Below, one piece after another: positions 24,601 to 38,895 of a stretch of DNA of 64,000 nucleotides; position 1 is the stretch's first letter, and each line of letters starts with the position of its first letter. The notes below the pieces were generated by a model. It saw only the letters and a program-made list of their open reading frames with translations, was not told the DNA's origin and searched no databases. The stretch comes from the human T2T-CHM13v2.0 reference genome, Homo sapiens. The DNA is taken from assembly GCF_009914755.1 (NCBI RefSeq), contig NC_060939.1, one strand, 5' to 3'. The position numbers and the translations under genes are program-made.

Positions 24601-27600
24601 ACTTCCTTGTGATGTGTGCATTCATCTCACAGGGTTGAACCTTTGGTTTGATTGAGCAGTTTTGAGACAATCTTTCCATAGAATCTGGAAGTGAATATTT
24701 GGAGAACCTTGAGATCTATTTTGGAGAAGGAGATATCTTTATATGAAAACTGCACAGAAGCATTCTGAGAAACATCTTTGTGAGGTGTGCAATGAAGTCA
24801 CAGAGTTGAAACTATGTTTTGATTCAGCAGTTTTGAGTCTCTCTTTTTGCAGAATCTGCGAGTGGATATCTGGAGAACTTGGAGGCCTATTTGGAAAAGG
24901 AAATATCTTCACATATAAACTATGCAGAAGCATTTTGAGATTCTTCTTTGTGAGGTGTGCATGCAACTCACAGAGTTGAACTTATCTTTTCCTTGAGCAC
25001 TTTCATATCTCATTTTCTGTAGAATCTGCAAGTGGATATTTGGAGCTCTTTGCACCCTGTGGTGGAAAGGGAACTATCTTCATATAAAAACTACAAAGAA
25101 GCATTCAGAGAAACTTCTTGTGATGAATGCATTCCTCACACAGAGCTGAACCTTTCTTTTTATGGAGCAGTATTGAAACGCTCTTTTTGCAGAATCACCA
25201 AGTGGATATTTGGAGAGCTTTGGGGCCTGTTTTGGAAAATGAAATATCTTCAAAGTAAAACTACACAGAACCATTCTGAGAAACTTCTTTATGATGTGTG
25301 CATTCAACTCTCAGAGTTGAACCTACCTTATGATTGAGCAATTTGGAAACACTCTTTTTGTAGAGCCTGCAAGTGGATATTTAGAACGATTTGAGGCCTA
25401 TTGTGGAAAAGCAAATATCTTCACATAAAAACTACACAGAAGCATTCTGAGAAACTTCTTTGGCATGTGTGCATTCAACTAACAGTGTTGAACGTATCTT
25501 TTGATTGAGCAGCTTAGAATCTCTCTTTTTGTAGAAAATGCAAGTAGATATTTGGAGCCCCATTTTGCCCTATGGTAGAAAACAAAACATCTTCACATAA
25601 AATCTACACAGAAGCATTCTGAGAAACTTCTTTGTGATGTTTGCATTGAACTCCCAGAGTCGAACCTATCTTTTGATAGAGCACTTTTGTATCTCTCTTT
25701 TTGCGGAATCTGCAAGTGGATATTTGGAAAGCTTGAGGCCTATTGTGAAAAAGGAAATATCTTCACATAAAAACTACAGAGAAGCATTCTGAGAAACTTC
25801 TTTGTGAGGCATGGATTCAACCCACAGAGTTGGACTTATCATTGAGCAGTTTTGAATCTCTCTTTTTGTCGAATCTGCAAGTGGATATTTGGAGCCCTTT
25901 GCAACCTAGGGTGGAAAAGGAAATACCTTCAAATAAAAACTATATAGAAGCATTCCGTAAAACTTCTTTGTGACGTGTGCATTCGTCTCACAGAGTTGAA
26001 CCTATCTAATGATTGAGCGGTTTTGAAACACTCATTTTGTAGAACCTGCAAGTGGATATTGGGAGTACTTTGTGGCCTTCTTTGGAAAAGGGAATATCTT
26101 CACATAAAAACTACAAAGAAGCATTCTGAGAAACTTCTTTGTGATGTGTGCATTCATCTCACAGTGTTGGACGTTTCTTTTGATAGGGCAGTTTTGAAAC
26201 ACTCTTTTTCTAGAATCTGCAAGTGGATATTTGGAGCGCTTTGAGGCCTAATGTGGAAAATCAAATATCTTCACATAAAAACTACACAGAGGCATTCTGA
26301 GAAACTTCTTTTTTGTGTGTGCATTCAACTCACATAGTTGAAGTAATCTTTGGATTTAGCTGTTTTGAATCTCCTTTTTGCAGAATCTGCAAGTTGATAC
26401 TTGGAGCCCTGTTTCACCCTATAGTGGAAAAGCAAATGTCTTCACATAAACAAACCCTACAGAGAAGCATTCAGAGAAAGTCCTTTGTGATGTGTGCATT
26501 GAACATGCAGAGTTGACACTATCTTTTGATTGTACAGTTTTGAATACGTCTTTTTGTAGAATCTGCAAGTGGAAGTTTGGAGCTGTTTGCACCCTGTGGT
26601 GTAAAAGGAAATATCTTCATATAAAAGCTACACAGAAGCATTCAGAAAGACTTCTTTGTGATGAATGCGTTCCTCACACAGAGTTGAATCTTCCTTTTTA
26701 TTGAGTAGTATTGAAACCCTCTTTTTGCAGAATAACCAGGTGGATATTTGGAGAGCTTTGAGGCCTGTTTTGGAAAAGCAAATATCTTCAAATTAAAACC
26801 ACACAGAAGCATTCTGAGAAGCTTCTTTGTGATGTGTGCATTCAACTCTCAGAGTTCAACGTGTCTTATGATGGAGCAGTTTGGAAACACTCTTTTTTGT
26901 AGAAACTGCAAGTGGATATGTAGAGCGATTTGAGGCCTACTGTGGAAAAGCAAATATCTTCACATAACAACTACACAGAAGCACTCCTAGAAACTTCTTT
27001 GTGATGTGTGAATTCAACTCACAGAGCTGAACCTATCTTTTGATGGAGTAGCTTAGAATCTCTCTTTTTTTAGAATCTGCACGTGGATATTTGGAGCGCT
27101 TTGAGACCTAAAGTGGAAAAGCAAATATCTTCACATAAAATCTACATAGAGGCACTCTAAGAAACTTCTTTTTGATGTGTGCATTCACCTCACAGAGCTG
27201 AACCGATCCTTCGAGTGACCAGTTTTGAATCTCTCTTTTTATACAATCTGCAAGTGGATATTTGGAGCCCTTTGCGGCCTATGGTGGAAAAGGAAATATC
27301 TTCAAATAAAAACTACACAGAAGCATTCTGAGTCCCTATTTTGGAAAAGAAAATATCTTCACTTAAACAACTACGCGGAAATACTGTGAGAAACTTCTTT
27401 GTTATGTGAGCATTCAACTCACAGAGTTGAACCTATCTTTTGATTGAGCAGTTTTGAATCTCTCATTTTGCAGAATCTGCAAGGGGATATTTGGAGCCCT
27501 TTGCGGCCTATGGTGGAAAAGGAAATACCTTCAAATGAAAAGCACACAGAGGCATTCTGAGAAACTTCCTCGTGATTGTGCATTCAACTCACAGAGTTAA

Positions 27601-30600
27601 ACCTATCTTATGATTGACCAGTTTTGGAACACTCTTTTCATAGGATCTGCAAGTGGATATTTGGCGTGCTTTGAGGCCTATCGTGGAAAAGCAAATAACT
27701 TCAGATAAAAACTATACAGAAGCATTCTGAGAAACTTCTTTGTGATGTGTGCATTGATCTCACAGAGTTGAAAGTGTATTTTGATTGAGCAGTTTTGAAA
27801 CACTCTTTTTGTAGAATCTGCAAGTGGATAATTGGGGAGATTTGAGGTATATTGTGGAAAAGCAAGTATCTTCATATAAAAACTATACAGAAGCTTTCTG
27901 AGAAACATCTTTGTGAGGTTTGCATTCAACTCACAGAGCTGGAACTATCTTTTGAGTGACCAGTTTTGAATCTCTCTTTTTGTACAATCTGCAAGTGGAT
28001 ATTTGGAGCGTTTTGAGGCCTACATTTGAAAATCAAATATCTTCCCTTAAAAGCTACACAGAAACATTCTCAGAAATTGTTTGTCATGTGTGCTTTCAAA
28101 TTACCAAGTTGAACCTACCTTGTGATTGAGCAGTTTTGAATCTCTCTTTTTGTGGAATCTGCAAGTGGATATTTTTAGCCATTTGCGGACTGTGGTGGAA
28201 AAGGAATTATCTTCAAATCCATTCTACACAGAAGCATTCAGACAAACTTTTTGTGATGAGTGCATTGGTCACACAGAATTGAACCTCTCCTTTGATTGAG
28301 CAATTCTGAAACACTCTTTCAGAGGGTCTGCAAGTGGATATTTTAGAGCTTTGGGACAATTGTGGAAAAGTAAATATCTTCACATAGAAACTACACGGAA
28401 GCATTCTGAGAAACTTCTTTGGAGGTGTGCATTCAACTCACAGAGTTGAACCTATCTTTTCATTGAGCAGTTTTGAATCTCTCTTTTTGTAGACTCTGCT
28501 TGCAGATACTTGGAGAGCTTTGAGGCCTATTGTGGAAAAGGAATCATCTTCACATAAAAACACACAGAAGCACTCTGAGAAACTTCTTTGTGAAGTGTGC
28601 ATTCAACTCACAGAGTTGAACCTATCTTTTGATTGAGAAGCTTTGAATCTCTCTTTTTGTAGAAGCTGCATGTGGATATTTGGAGACGTTTGTGGCCTAT
28701 GGTAGAAAAGGCAATATCTTCAAATAAAAACTAGACAGAAGCATTTTGAGAAATTTCTCTGTGCTGTGTGCATTCATATCACATGGTTGAAACTACCTTT
28801 TGGTTGAGCAGTTTTGAATCTCTCTTTTTGTAACATCTGCAATGGATATTTGGAGCCCTTTGTGGTCTGTGGTGGAAAAGGAACTATCCTCAAATAAAAA
28901 CTACACAGAAGTATTCCGAGAAACTTCCTTGTGATGTGTGCATTCATCTCACAGGGTTGAACCTTTGGTTTGATTGAGCAGTTTTGAGACAATCTTTCCA
29001 TAGAATCTGGAAGTGAATATTTGGAGAACCTTGAGATCTATTTTGGAGAAGGAGATATCTTTATATGAAAACTGCACAGAAGCATTCTGAGAAACATCTT
29101 TGTGAGGTGTGCAATGAAGTCACAGAGTTGAAACTATGTTTTGATTCAGCAGTTTTGAGTCTCTCTTTTTGCAGAATCTGCGAGTGGATATCTGGAGAAC
29201 TTGGAGGCCTATTTGGAAAAGGAAATATCTTCACATATAAACTATGCAGAAGCATTTTGAGATTCTTCTTTGTGAGGTGTGCATGCAACTCACAGAGTTG
29301 AACTTATCTTTTCCTTGAGCACTTTCATATCTCATTTTCTGTAGAATCTGCAAGTGGATATTTGGAGCTCTTTGCACCCTGTGGTGGAAAGGGAACTATC
29401 TTCATATAAAAACTACAAAGAAGCATTCAGAGAAACTTCTTGTGATGAATGCATTCCTCACACAGAGCTGAACCTTTCTTTTTATGGAGCAGTATTGAAA
29501 CGCTCTTTTTGCAGAATCACCAAGTGGATATTTGGAGAGCTTTGGGGCCTGTTTTGGAAAATGAAATATCTTCAAAGTAAAACTACACAGAACCATTCTG
29601 AGAAACTTCTTTATGATGTGTGCATTCAACTCTCAGAGTTGAACCTACCTTATGATTGAGCAATTTGGAAACACTCTTTTTGTAGAGCCTGCAAGTGGAT
29701 ATTTAGAACGATTTGAGGCCTATTGTGGAAAAGCAAATATCTTCACATAAAAACTACACAGAAGCATTCTGAGAAACTTCTTTGGCATGTGTGCATTCAA
29801 CTAACAGTGTTGAACGTATCTTTTGATTGAGCAGCTTAGAATCTCTCTTTTTGTAGAAAATGCAAGTAGATATTTGGAGCCCCATTTTGCCCTATGGTAG
29901 AAAACAAAACATCTTCACATAAAATCTACACAGAAGCATTCTGAGAAACTTCTTTGTGATGTTTGCATTGAACTCCCAGAGTCGAACCTATCTTTTGATA
30001 GAGCACTTTTGTATCTCTCTTTTTGCGGAATCTGCAAGTGGATATTTGGAAAGCTTGAGGCCTATTGTGAAAAAGGAAATATCTTCACATAAAAACTACA
30101 GAGAAGCATTCTGAGAAACTTCTTTGTGAGGCATGGATTCAACCCACAGAGTTGGACTTATCATTGAGCAGTTTTGAATCTCTCTTTTTGTCGAATCTGC
30201 AAGTGGATATTTGGAGCCCTTTGCAACCTAGGGTGGAAAAGGAAATACCTTCAAATAAAAACTATATAGAAGCATTCCGTAAAACTTCTTTGTGACGTGT
30301 GCATTCGTCTCACAGAGTTGAACCTATCTAATTATTGAGCGGTTTTGAAACACTCATTTTGTAGAACCTGCAAGTGGATATTGGGAGTACTTTGTGGCCT
30401 TCTTTGGAAAAGGGAATATCTTCACATAAAAACTACAAAGAAGCATTCTGAGAAACTTCTTTGTGATGTGTGCATTCATCTCACAGTGTTGGACGTTTCT
30501 TTTGATAGGGCAGTTTTGAAACACTCTTTTTCTAGAATCTGCAAGTGGATATTTAGAGCGCTTTGAGGCCTAATGTGGAAAATCAAATATCTTCACATAA

Positions 30601-33600
30601 AAACTACACAGAGGCATTCTGAGAAACTTCTTTTTTGTGTGTGCATTCAACTCACATAGTTGAAGTAATCTTTGGATTTAGCTGTTTTGAATCTCCTTTT
30701 TGCAGAATCTGCAAGTTGATACTTGGAGCCCTGTTTCACCCTATAGTGGAAAAGCAAATATCTTCACATAAACAAACCCTACAGAGAAGCATTCAGAGAA
30801 AGTCCTTTGTGATGTGTGCATTGAACATGCAGAGTTGACACTATCTTTTGATTGTACAGTTTTGAATACGTCTTTTTGTAGAATCTGCAAGTGGAAGTTT
30901 GGAGCTGTTTGCACCCTGTGGTGTAAAAGGAAATATCTTCATATAAAAGCTACACAGAAGCATTCAGAAAGACTTCTTTGTGATGAATGCGTTCCTCACA
31001 CAGAGTTGAATCTTCCTTTTTATTGAGTAGTATTGAAACCCTCTTTTTGCAGAATAACCAGGTGGATATTTGGAGAGCTTTGAGGCCTGTTTTGGAAAAG
31101 CAAATATCTTCAAATTAAAACCACACAGAAGCATTCTGAGAAGCTTCTTTGTGATGTGTGCATTCAACTCTCAGAGTTGAACGTGTCTTATGATGGAGCA
31201 GTTTGGAAACACTCTTTTTGTAGAAACTGCAAGTGGATATGTAGAGCGATTTGAGGCCTACTGTGGAAAAGCAAATATCTTCACATAACAACTACACAGA
31301 AGCACTCCTAGAAACTTCTTTGTGATGTGTGAATTCAACTCACAGAGCTGAACCTATCTTTTGATGGAGTAGCTTAGAATCTCTCTTTTTTTAGAATCTG
31401 CACGTGGATATTTGGAGCGCTTTGAGACCTAAAGTGGAAAAGCAAATATCTTCACATAAAATCTACATAGAGGCACTCTAAGAAACTTCTTTTTGATGTG
31501 TGCATTCACCTCACAGAGCTGAACCGATCCTTCGAGTGACCAGTTTTGAATCTCTCTTTTTATACAATCTGCAAGTGGATATTTGGAGCCCTTTGCGGCC
31601 TATGGTGGAAAAGGAAATATCTTCAAATAAAAACTACACAGAAGCATTCTGAGTCCCTATTTTGGAAAAGAAAATATCTTCACTTAAACAACTACGCAGA
31701 AATACTGTGAGAAACTTCTTTGTTATGTGAGCATTCAACTCACAGAGTTGAACCTATCTTTTGATTGAGCAGTTTTGAATCTCTCATTTTGCAGAATCTG
31801 CAAGGGGATATTTGGAGCCCTTTGCGGCCTATGGTGGAAAAGGAAATACCTTCAAATGAAAAGCACACAGAGGCATTCTGAGAAACTTCCTCGTGATTGT
31901 GCATTCAACTCACAGAGTTAAACCTATCTTATGATTGACCAGTTTTGGAACACTCTTTTCATAGGATCTGCAAGTGGATATTTGGCGTGCTTTGAGGCCT
32001 ATCGTGGAAAAGCAAATAACTTCAGATAAAAACTATACAGAAGCATTCTGAGAAACTTCTTTGTGATGTGTGCATTGATCTCACAGAGTTGAAAGTGTAT
32101 TTTGATTGAGCAGTTTTGAAACACTCTTTTTGTAGAATCTGCAAGTGGATAATTGGGGAGATTTGAGGTATATTGTGGAAAAGCAAGTATCTTCATATAA
32201 AAACTATACAGAAGCTTTCTGAGAAACATCTTTGTGAGGTTTGCATTCAACTCACAGAGCTGGAACTATCTTTTGAGTGACCAGTTTTGAATCTCTCTTT
32301 TTGTACAATCTGCAAGTGGATATTTGGAGCGTTTTGAGGCCTACATTTGAAAATCAAATATCTTCCCTTAAAAGCTACACAGAAACATTCTCAGAAATTG
32401 TTTGTCATGTGTGCTTTCAAATTACCAAGTTGAACCTACCTTGTGATTGAGCAGTTTTGAATCTCTCTTTTTGTGGAATCTGCAAGTGGATATTTTTAGC
32501 CATTTGCGGACTGTGGTGGAAAAGGAATTATCTTCAAATCCATTCTACACAGAAGCATTCAGACAAACTTTTTGTGATGAGTGCATTGGTCACACAGAAT
32601 TGAACCTCTCCTTTGATTGAGCAATTCTGAAACACTCTTTCAGAGGGTCTGCAAGTGGATATTTTAGAGCTTTGGGACAATTGTGGAAAAGTAAATATCT
32701 TCACATAGAAACTACACGGAAGCATTCTGAGAAACTTCTTTGGAGGTGTGCATTCAACTCACAGAGTTGAACCTATCTTTTCATTGAGCAGTTTTGAATC
32801 TCTCTTTTTGTAGACTCTGCTTGCAGATACTTGGAGAGCTTTGAGGCCTATTGTGGAAAAGGAATCATCTTCACATAAAAACACACAGAAGCACTCTGAG
32901 AAACTTCTTTGTGAAGTGTGCATTCAACTCACAGAGTTGAACCTATCTTTTGATTGAGAAGCTTTGAATCTCTCTTTTTGTAGAAGCTGCATGTGGATAT
33001 TTGGAGACGTTTGTGGCCTATGGTAGAAAAGGCAATATCTTCAAATAAAAACTAGACAGAAGCATTTTGAGAAATTTCTCTGTGCTGTGTGCATTCATAT
33101 CACATGGTTGAAACTACCTTTTGGTTGAGCAGTTTTGAATCTCTCTTTTTGTAACATCTGCAATGGATATTTGGAGCCCTTTGTGGTCTGTGGTGGAAAA
33201 GGAACTATCCTCAAATAAAAACTACACAGAAGTATTCCGAGAAACTTCCTTGTGATGTGTGCATTCATCTCACAGGGTTGAACCTTTGGTTTGATTGAGC
33301 AGTTTTGAGACAATCTTTCCATAGAATCTGGAAGTGAATATTTGGAGAACCTTGAGATCTATTTTGGAGAAGGAGATATCTTTATATGAAAACTGCACAG
33401 AAGCATTCTGAGAAACATCTTTGTGAGGTGTGCAATGAAGTCACAGAGTTGAAACTATGTTTTGATTCAGCAGTTTTGAGTCTCTCTTTTTGCAGAATCT
33501 GCGAGTGGATATCTGGAGAACTTGGAGGCCTATTTGGAAAAGGAAATATCTTCACATATAAACTATGCAGAAGCATTTTGAGATTCTTCTTTGTGAGGTG

Positions 33601-36600
33601 TGCATGCAACTCACAGAGTTGAACTTATCTTTTCCTTGAGCACTTTCATATCTCATTTTCTGTAGAATCTGCAAGTGGATATTTGGAGCTCTTTGCACCC
33701 TGTGGTGGAAAGGGAACTATCTTCATATAAAAACTACAAAGAAGCATTCAGAGAAACTTCTTGTGATGAATGCATTCCTCACACAGAGCTGAACCTTTCT
33801 TTTTATGGAGCAGTATTGAAACGCTCTTTTTGCAGAATCACCAAGTGGATATTTGGAGAGCTTTGGGGCCTGTTTTGGAAAATGAAATATCTTCAAAGTA
33901 AAACTACACAGAACCATTCTGAGAAACTTCTTTATGATGTGTGCATTCAACTCTCAGAGTTGAACCTACCTTATGATTGAGCAATTTGGAAACACTCTTT
34001 TTGTAGAGCCTGCAAGTGGATATTTAGAACGATTTGAGGCCTATTGTGGAAAAGCAAATATCTTCACATAAAAACTACACAGAAGCATTCTGAGAAACTT
34101 CTTTGGCATGTGTGCATTCAACTAACAGTGTTGAACGTATCTTTTGATTGAGCAGCTTAGAATCTCTCTTTTTGTAGAAAATGCAAGTAGATATTTGGAG
34201 CCCCATTTTGCCCTATGGTAGAAAACAAAACATCTTCACATAAAATCTACACAGAAGCATTCTGAGAAACTTCTTTGTGATGTTTGCATTGAACTCCCAG
34301 AGTCGAACCTATCTTTTGATAGAGCACTTTTGTATCTCTCTTTTTGCGGAATCTGCAAGTGGATATTTGGAAAGCTTGAGGCCTATTGTGAAAAAGGAAA
34401 TATCTTCACATAAAAACTACAGAGAAGCATTCTGAGAAACTTCTTTGTGAGGCATGGATTCAACCCACAGAGTTGGACTTATCATTGAGCAGTTTTGAAT
34501 CTCTCTTTTTGTCGAATCTGCAAGTGGATATTTGGAGCCCTTTGCAACCTAGGGTGGAAAAGGAAATACCTTCAAATAAAAACTATATAGAAGCATTCCG
34601 TAAAACTTCTTTGTGACGTGTGCATTCGTCTCACAGAGTTGAACCTATCTAATGATTGAGCGGTTTTGAAACACTCATTTTGTAGAACCTGCAAGTGGAT
34701 ATTGGGAGTACTTTGTGGCCTTCTTTGGAAAAGGGAATATCTTCACATAAAAACTACAAAGAAGCATTCTGAGAAACTTCTTTGTGATGTGTGCATTCAT
34801 CTCACAGTGTTGGACGTTTCTTTTGATAGGGCAGTTTTGAAACACTCTTTTTCTAGAATCTGCAAGTGGATATTTGGAGCGCTTTGAGGCCTAATGTGGA
34901 AAATCAAATATCTTCACATAAAAACTACACAGAGGCATTCTGAGAAACTTCTTTTTTGTGTGTGCATTCAACTCACATAGTTGAAGTAATCTTTGGATTT
35001 AGCTGTTTTGAATCTCCTTTTTGCAGAATCTGCAAGTTGATACTTGGAGCCCTGTTTCACCCTATAGTGGAAAAGCAAATGTCTTCACATAAACAAACCC
35101 TACAGAGAAGCATTCAGAGAAAGTCCTTTGTGATGTGTGCATTGAACATGCAGAGTTGACACTATCTTTTGATTGTACAGTTTTGAATACGTCTTTTTGT
35201 AGAATCTGCAAGTGGAAGTTTGGAGCTGTTTGCACCCTGTGGTGTAAAAGGAAATATCTTCATATAAAAGCTACACAGAAGCATTCAGAAAGACTTCTTT
35301 GTGATGAATGCGTTCCTCACACAGAGTTGAATCTTCCTTTTTATTGAGTAGTATTGAAACCCTCTTTTTGCAGAATAACCAGGTGGATATTTGGAGAGCT
35401 TTGAGGCCTGTTTTGGAAAAGCAAATATCTTCAAATTAAAACCACACAGAAGCATTCTGAGAAGCTTCTTTGTGATGTGTGCATTCAACTCTCAGAGTTC
35501 AACGTGTCTTATGATGGAGCAGTTTGGAAACACTCTTTTTTGTAGAAACTGCAAGTGGATATGTAGAGCGATTTGAGGCCTACTGTGGAAAAGCAAATAT
35601 CTTCACATAACAACTACACAGAAGCACTCCTAGAAACTTCTTTGTGATGTGTGAATTCAACTCACAGAGCTGAACCTATCTTTTGATGGAGTAGCTTAGA
35701 ATCTCTCTTTTTTTAGAATCTGCACGTGGATATTTGGAGCGCTTTGAGACCTAAAGTGGAAAAGCAAATATCTTCACATAAAATCTACATAGAGGCACTC
35801 TAAGAAACTTCTTTTTGATGTGTGCATTCACCTCACAGAGCTGAACCGATCCTTCGAGTGACCAGTTTTGAATCTCTCTTTTTATACAATCTGCAAGTGG
35901 ATATTTGGAGCCCTTTGCGGCCTATGGTGGAAAAGGAAATATCTTCAAATAAAAACTACACAGAAGCATTCTGAGTCCCTATTTTGGAAAAGAAAATATC
36001 TTCACTTAAACAACTACGCAGAAATACTGTGAGAAACTTCTTTGTTATGTGAGCATTCAACTCACAGAGTTGAACCTATCTTTTGATTGAGCAGTTTTGA
36101 ATCTCTCATTTTGCAGAATCTGCAAGGGGATATTTGGAGCCCTTTGCGGCCTATGGTGGAAAAGGAAATACCTTCAAATGAAAAGCACACAGAGGCATTC
36201 TGAGAAACTTCCTCGTGATTGTGCATTCAACTCACAGAGTTAAACCTATCTTATGATTGACCAGTTTTGGAACACTCTTTTCATAGGATCTGCAAGTGGA
36301 TATTTGGCGTGCTTTGAGGCCTATCGTGGAAAAGCAAATAACTTCAGATAAAAACTATACAGAAGCATTCTGAGAAACTTCTTTGTGATGTGTGCATTGA
36401 TCTCACAGAGTTGAAAGTGTATTTTGATTGAGCAGTTTTGAAACACTCTTTTTGTAGAATCTGCAAGTGGATAATTGGGGAGATTTGAGGTATATTGTGG
36501 AAAAGCAAGTATCTTCATATAAAAACTATACAGAAGCTTTCTGAGAAACATCTTTGTGAGGTTTGCATTCAACTCACAGAGCTGGAACTATCTTTTGAGT

Positions 36601-38895
36601 GACCAGTTTTGAATCTCTCTTTTTGTACAATCTGCAAGTGGATATTTGGAGCGTTTTGAGGCCTACATTTGAAAATCAAATATCTTCCCTTAAAAGCTAC
36701 ACAGAAACATTCTCAGAAATTGTTTGTCATGTGTGCTTTCAAATTACCAAGTTGAACCTACCTTGTGATTGAGCAGTTTTGAATCTCTCTTTTTGTGGAA
36801 TCTGCAAGTGGATATTTTTAGCCATTTGCGGACTGTGGTGGAAAAGGAATTATCTTCAAATCCATTCTACACAGAAGCATTCAGACAAACTTTTTGTGAT
36901 GAGTGCATTGGTCACACAGAATTGAACCTCTCCTTTGATTGAGCAATTCTGAAACACTCTTTCAGAGGGTCTGCAAGTGGATATTTTAGAGCTTTGGGAC
37001 AATTGTGGAAAAGTAAATATCTTCACATAGAAACTACACGGAAGCATTCTGAGAAACTTCTTTGGAGGTGTGCATTCAACTCACAGAGTTGAACCTATCT
37101 TTTCATTGAGCAGTTTTGAATCTCTCTTTTTGTAGACTCTGCTTGCAGATACTTGGAGAGCTTTGAGGCCTATTGTGGAAAAGGAATCATCTTCACATAA
37201 AAACACACAGAAGCACTCTGAGAAACTTCTTTGTGAAGTGTGCATTCAACTCACAGAGTTGAACCTATCTTTTGATTGAGAAGCTTTGAATCTCTCTTTT
37301 TGTAGAAGCTGCATGTGGATATTTGGAGACGTTTGTGGCCTATGGTAGAAAAGGCAATATCTTCAAATAAAAACTAGACAGAAGCATTTTGAGAAATTTC
37401 TCTGTGCTGTGTGCATTCATATCACATGGTTGAAACTACCTTTTGGTTGAGCAGTTTTGAATCTCTCTTTTTGTAACATCTGCAATGGATATTTGGAGCC
37501 CTTTGTGGTCTGTGGTGGAAAAGGAACTATCCTCAAATAAAAACTACACAGAAGTATTCCGAGAAACTTCCTTGTGATGTGTGCATTCATCTCACAGGGT
37601 TGAACCTTTGGTTTGATTGAGCAGTTTTGAGACAATCTTTCCATAGAATCTGGAAGTGAATATTTGGAGAACCTTGAGATCTATTTTGGAGAAGGAGATA
37701 TCTTTATATGAAAACTGCACAGAAGCATTCTGAGAAACATCTTTGTGAGGTGTGCAATGAAGTCACAGAGTTGAAACTATGTTTTGATTCAGCAGTTTTG
37801 AGTCTCTCTTTTTGCAGAATCTGCGAGTGGATATCTGGAGAACTTGGAGGCCTATTTGGAAAAGGAAATATCTTCACATATAAACTATGCAGAAGCATTT
37901 TGAGATTCTTCTTTGTGAGGTGTGCATGCAACTCACAGAGTTGAACTTATCTTTTCCTTGAGCACTTTCATATCTCATTTTCTGTAGAATCTGCAAGTGG
38001 ATATTTGGAGCTCTTTGCACCCTGTGGTGGAAAGGGAACTATCTTCATATAAAAACTACAAAGAAGCATTCAGAGAAACTTCTTGTGATGAATGCATTCC
38101 TCACACAGAGCTGAACCTTTCTTTTTATGGAGCAGTATTGAAACGCTCTTTTTGCAGAATCACCAAGTGGATATTTGGAGAGCTTTGGGGCCTGTTTTGG
38201 AAAATGAAATATCTTCAAAGTAAAACTACACAGAACCATTCTGAGAAACTTCTTTATGATGTGTGCATTCAACTCTCAGAGTTGAACCTACCTTATGATT
38301 GAGCAATTTGGAAACACTCTTTTTGTAGAGCCTGCAAGTGGATATTTAGAACGATTTGAGGCCTATTGTGGAAAAGCAAATATCTTCACATAAAAACTAC
38401 ACAGAAGCATTCTGAGAAACTTCTTTGGCATGTGTGCATTCAACTAACAGTGTTGAACGTATCTTTTGATTGAGCAGCTTAGAATCTCTCTTTTTGTAGA
38501 AAATGCAAGTAGATATTTGGAGCCCCATTTTGCCCTATGGTAGAAAACAAAACATCTTCACATAAAATCTACACAGAAGCATTCTGAGAAACTTCTTTGT
38601 GATGTTTGCATTGAACTCCCAGAGTCGAACCTATCTTTTGATAGAGCACTTTTGTATCTCTCTTTTTGCGGAATCTGCAAGTGGATATTTGGAAAGCTTG
38701 AGGCCTATTGTGAAAAAGGAAATATCTTCACATAAAAACTACAGAGAAGCATTCTGAGAAACTTCTTTGTGAGGCATGGATTCAACCCACAGAGTTGGAC
38801 TTATCATTGAGCAGTTTTGAATCTCTCTTTTTGTCGAATCTGCAAGTGGATATTTGGAGCCCTTTGCAACCTAGGGTGGAAAAGGAAATACCTTC
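21610..38895 (+). repeat. HOR copies 6-9 (4321, 4322, 4321, 4322 bp), arranged as two 8643-bp dimers
   Basis: Alternating lengths; copies 6 and 8 share T at 21690/30333 and A at 22117/30760. Confidence 0.88.
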
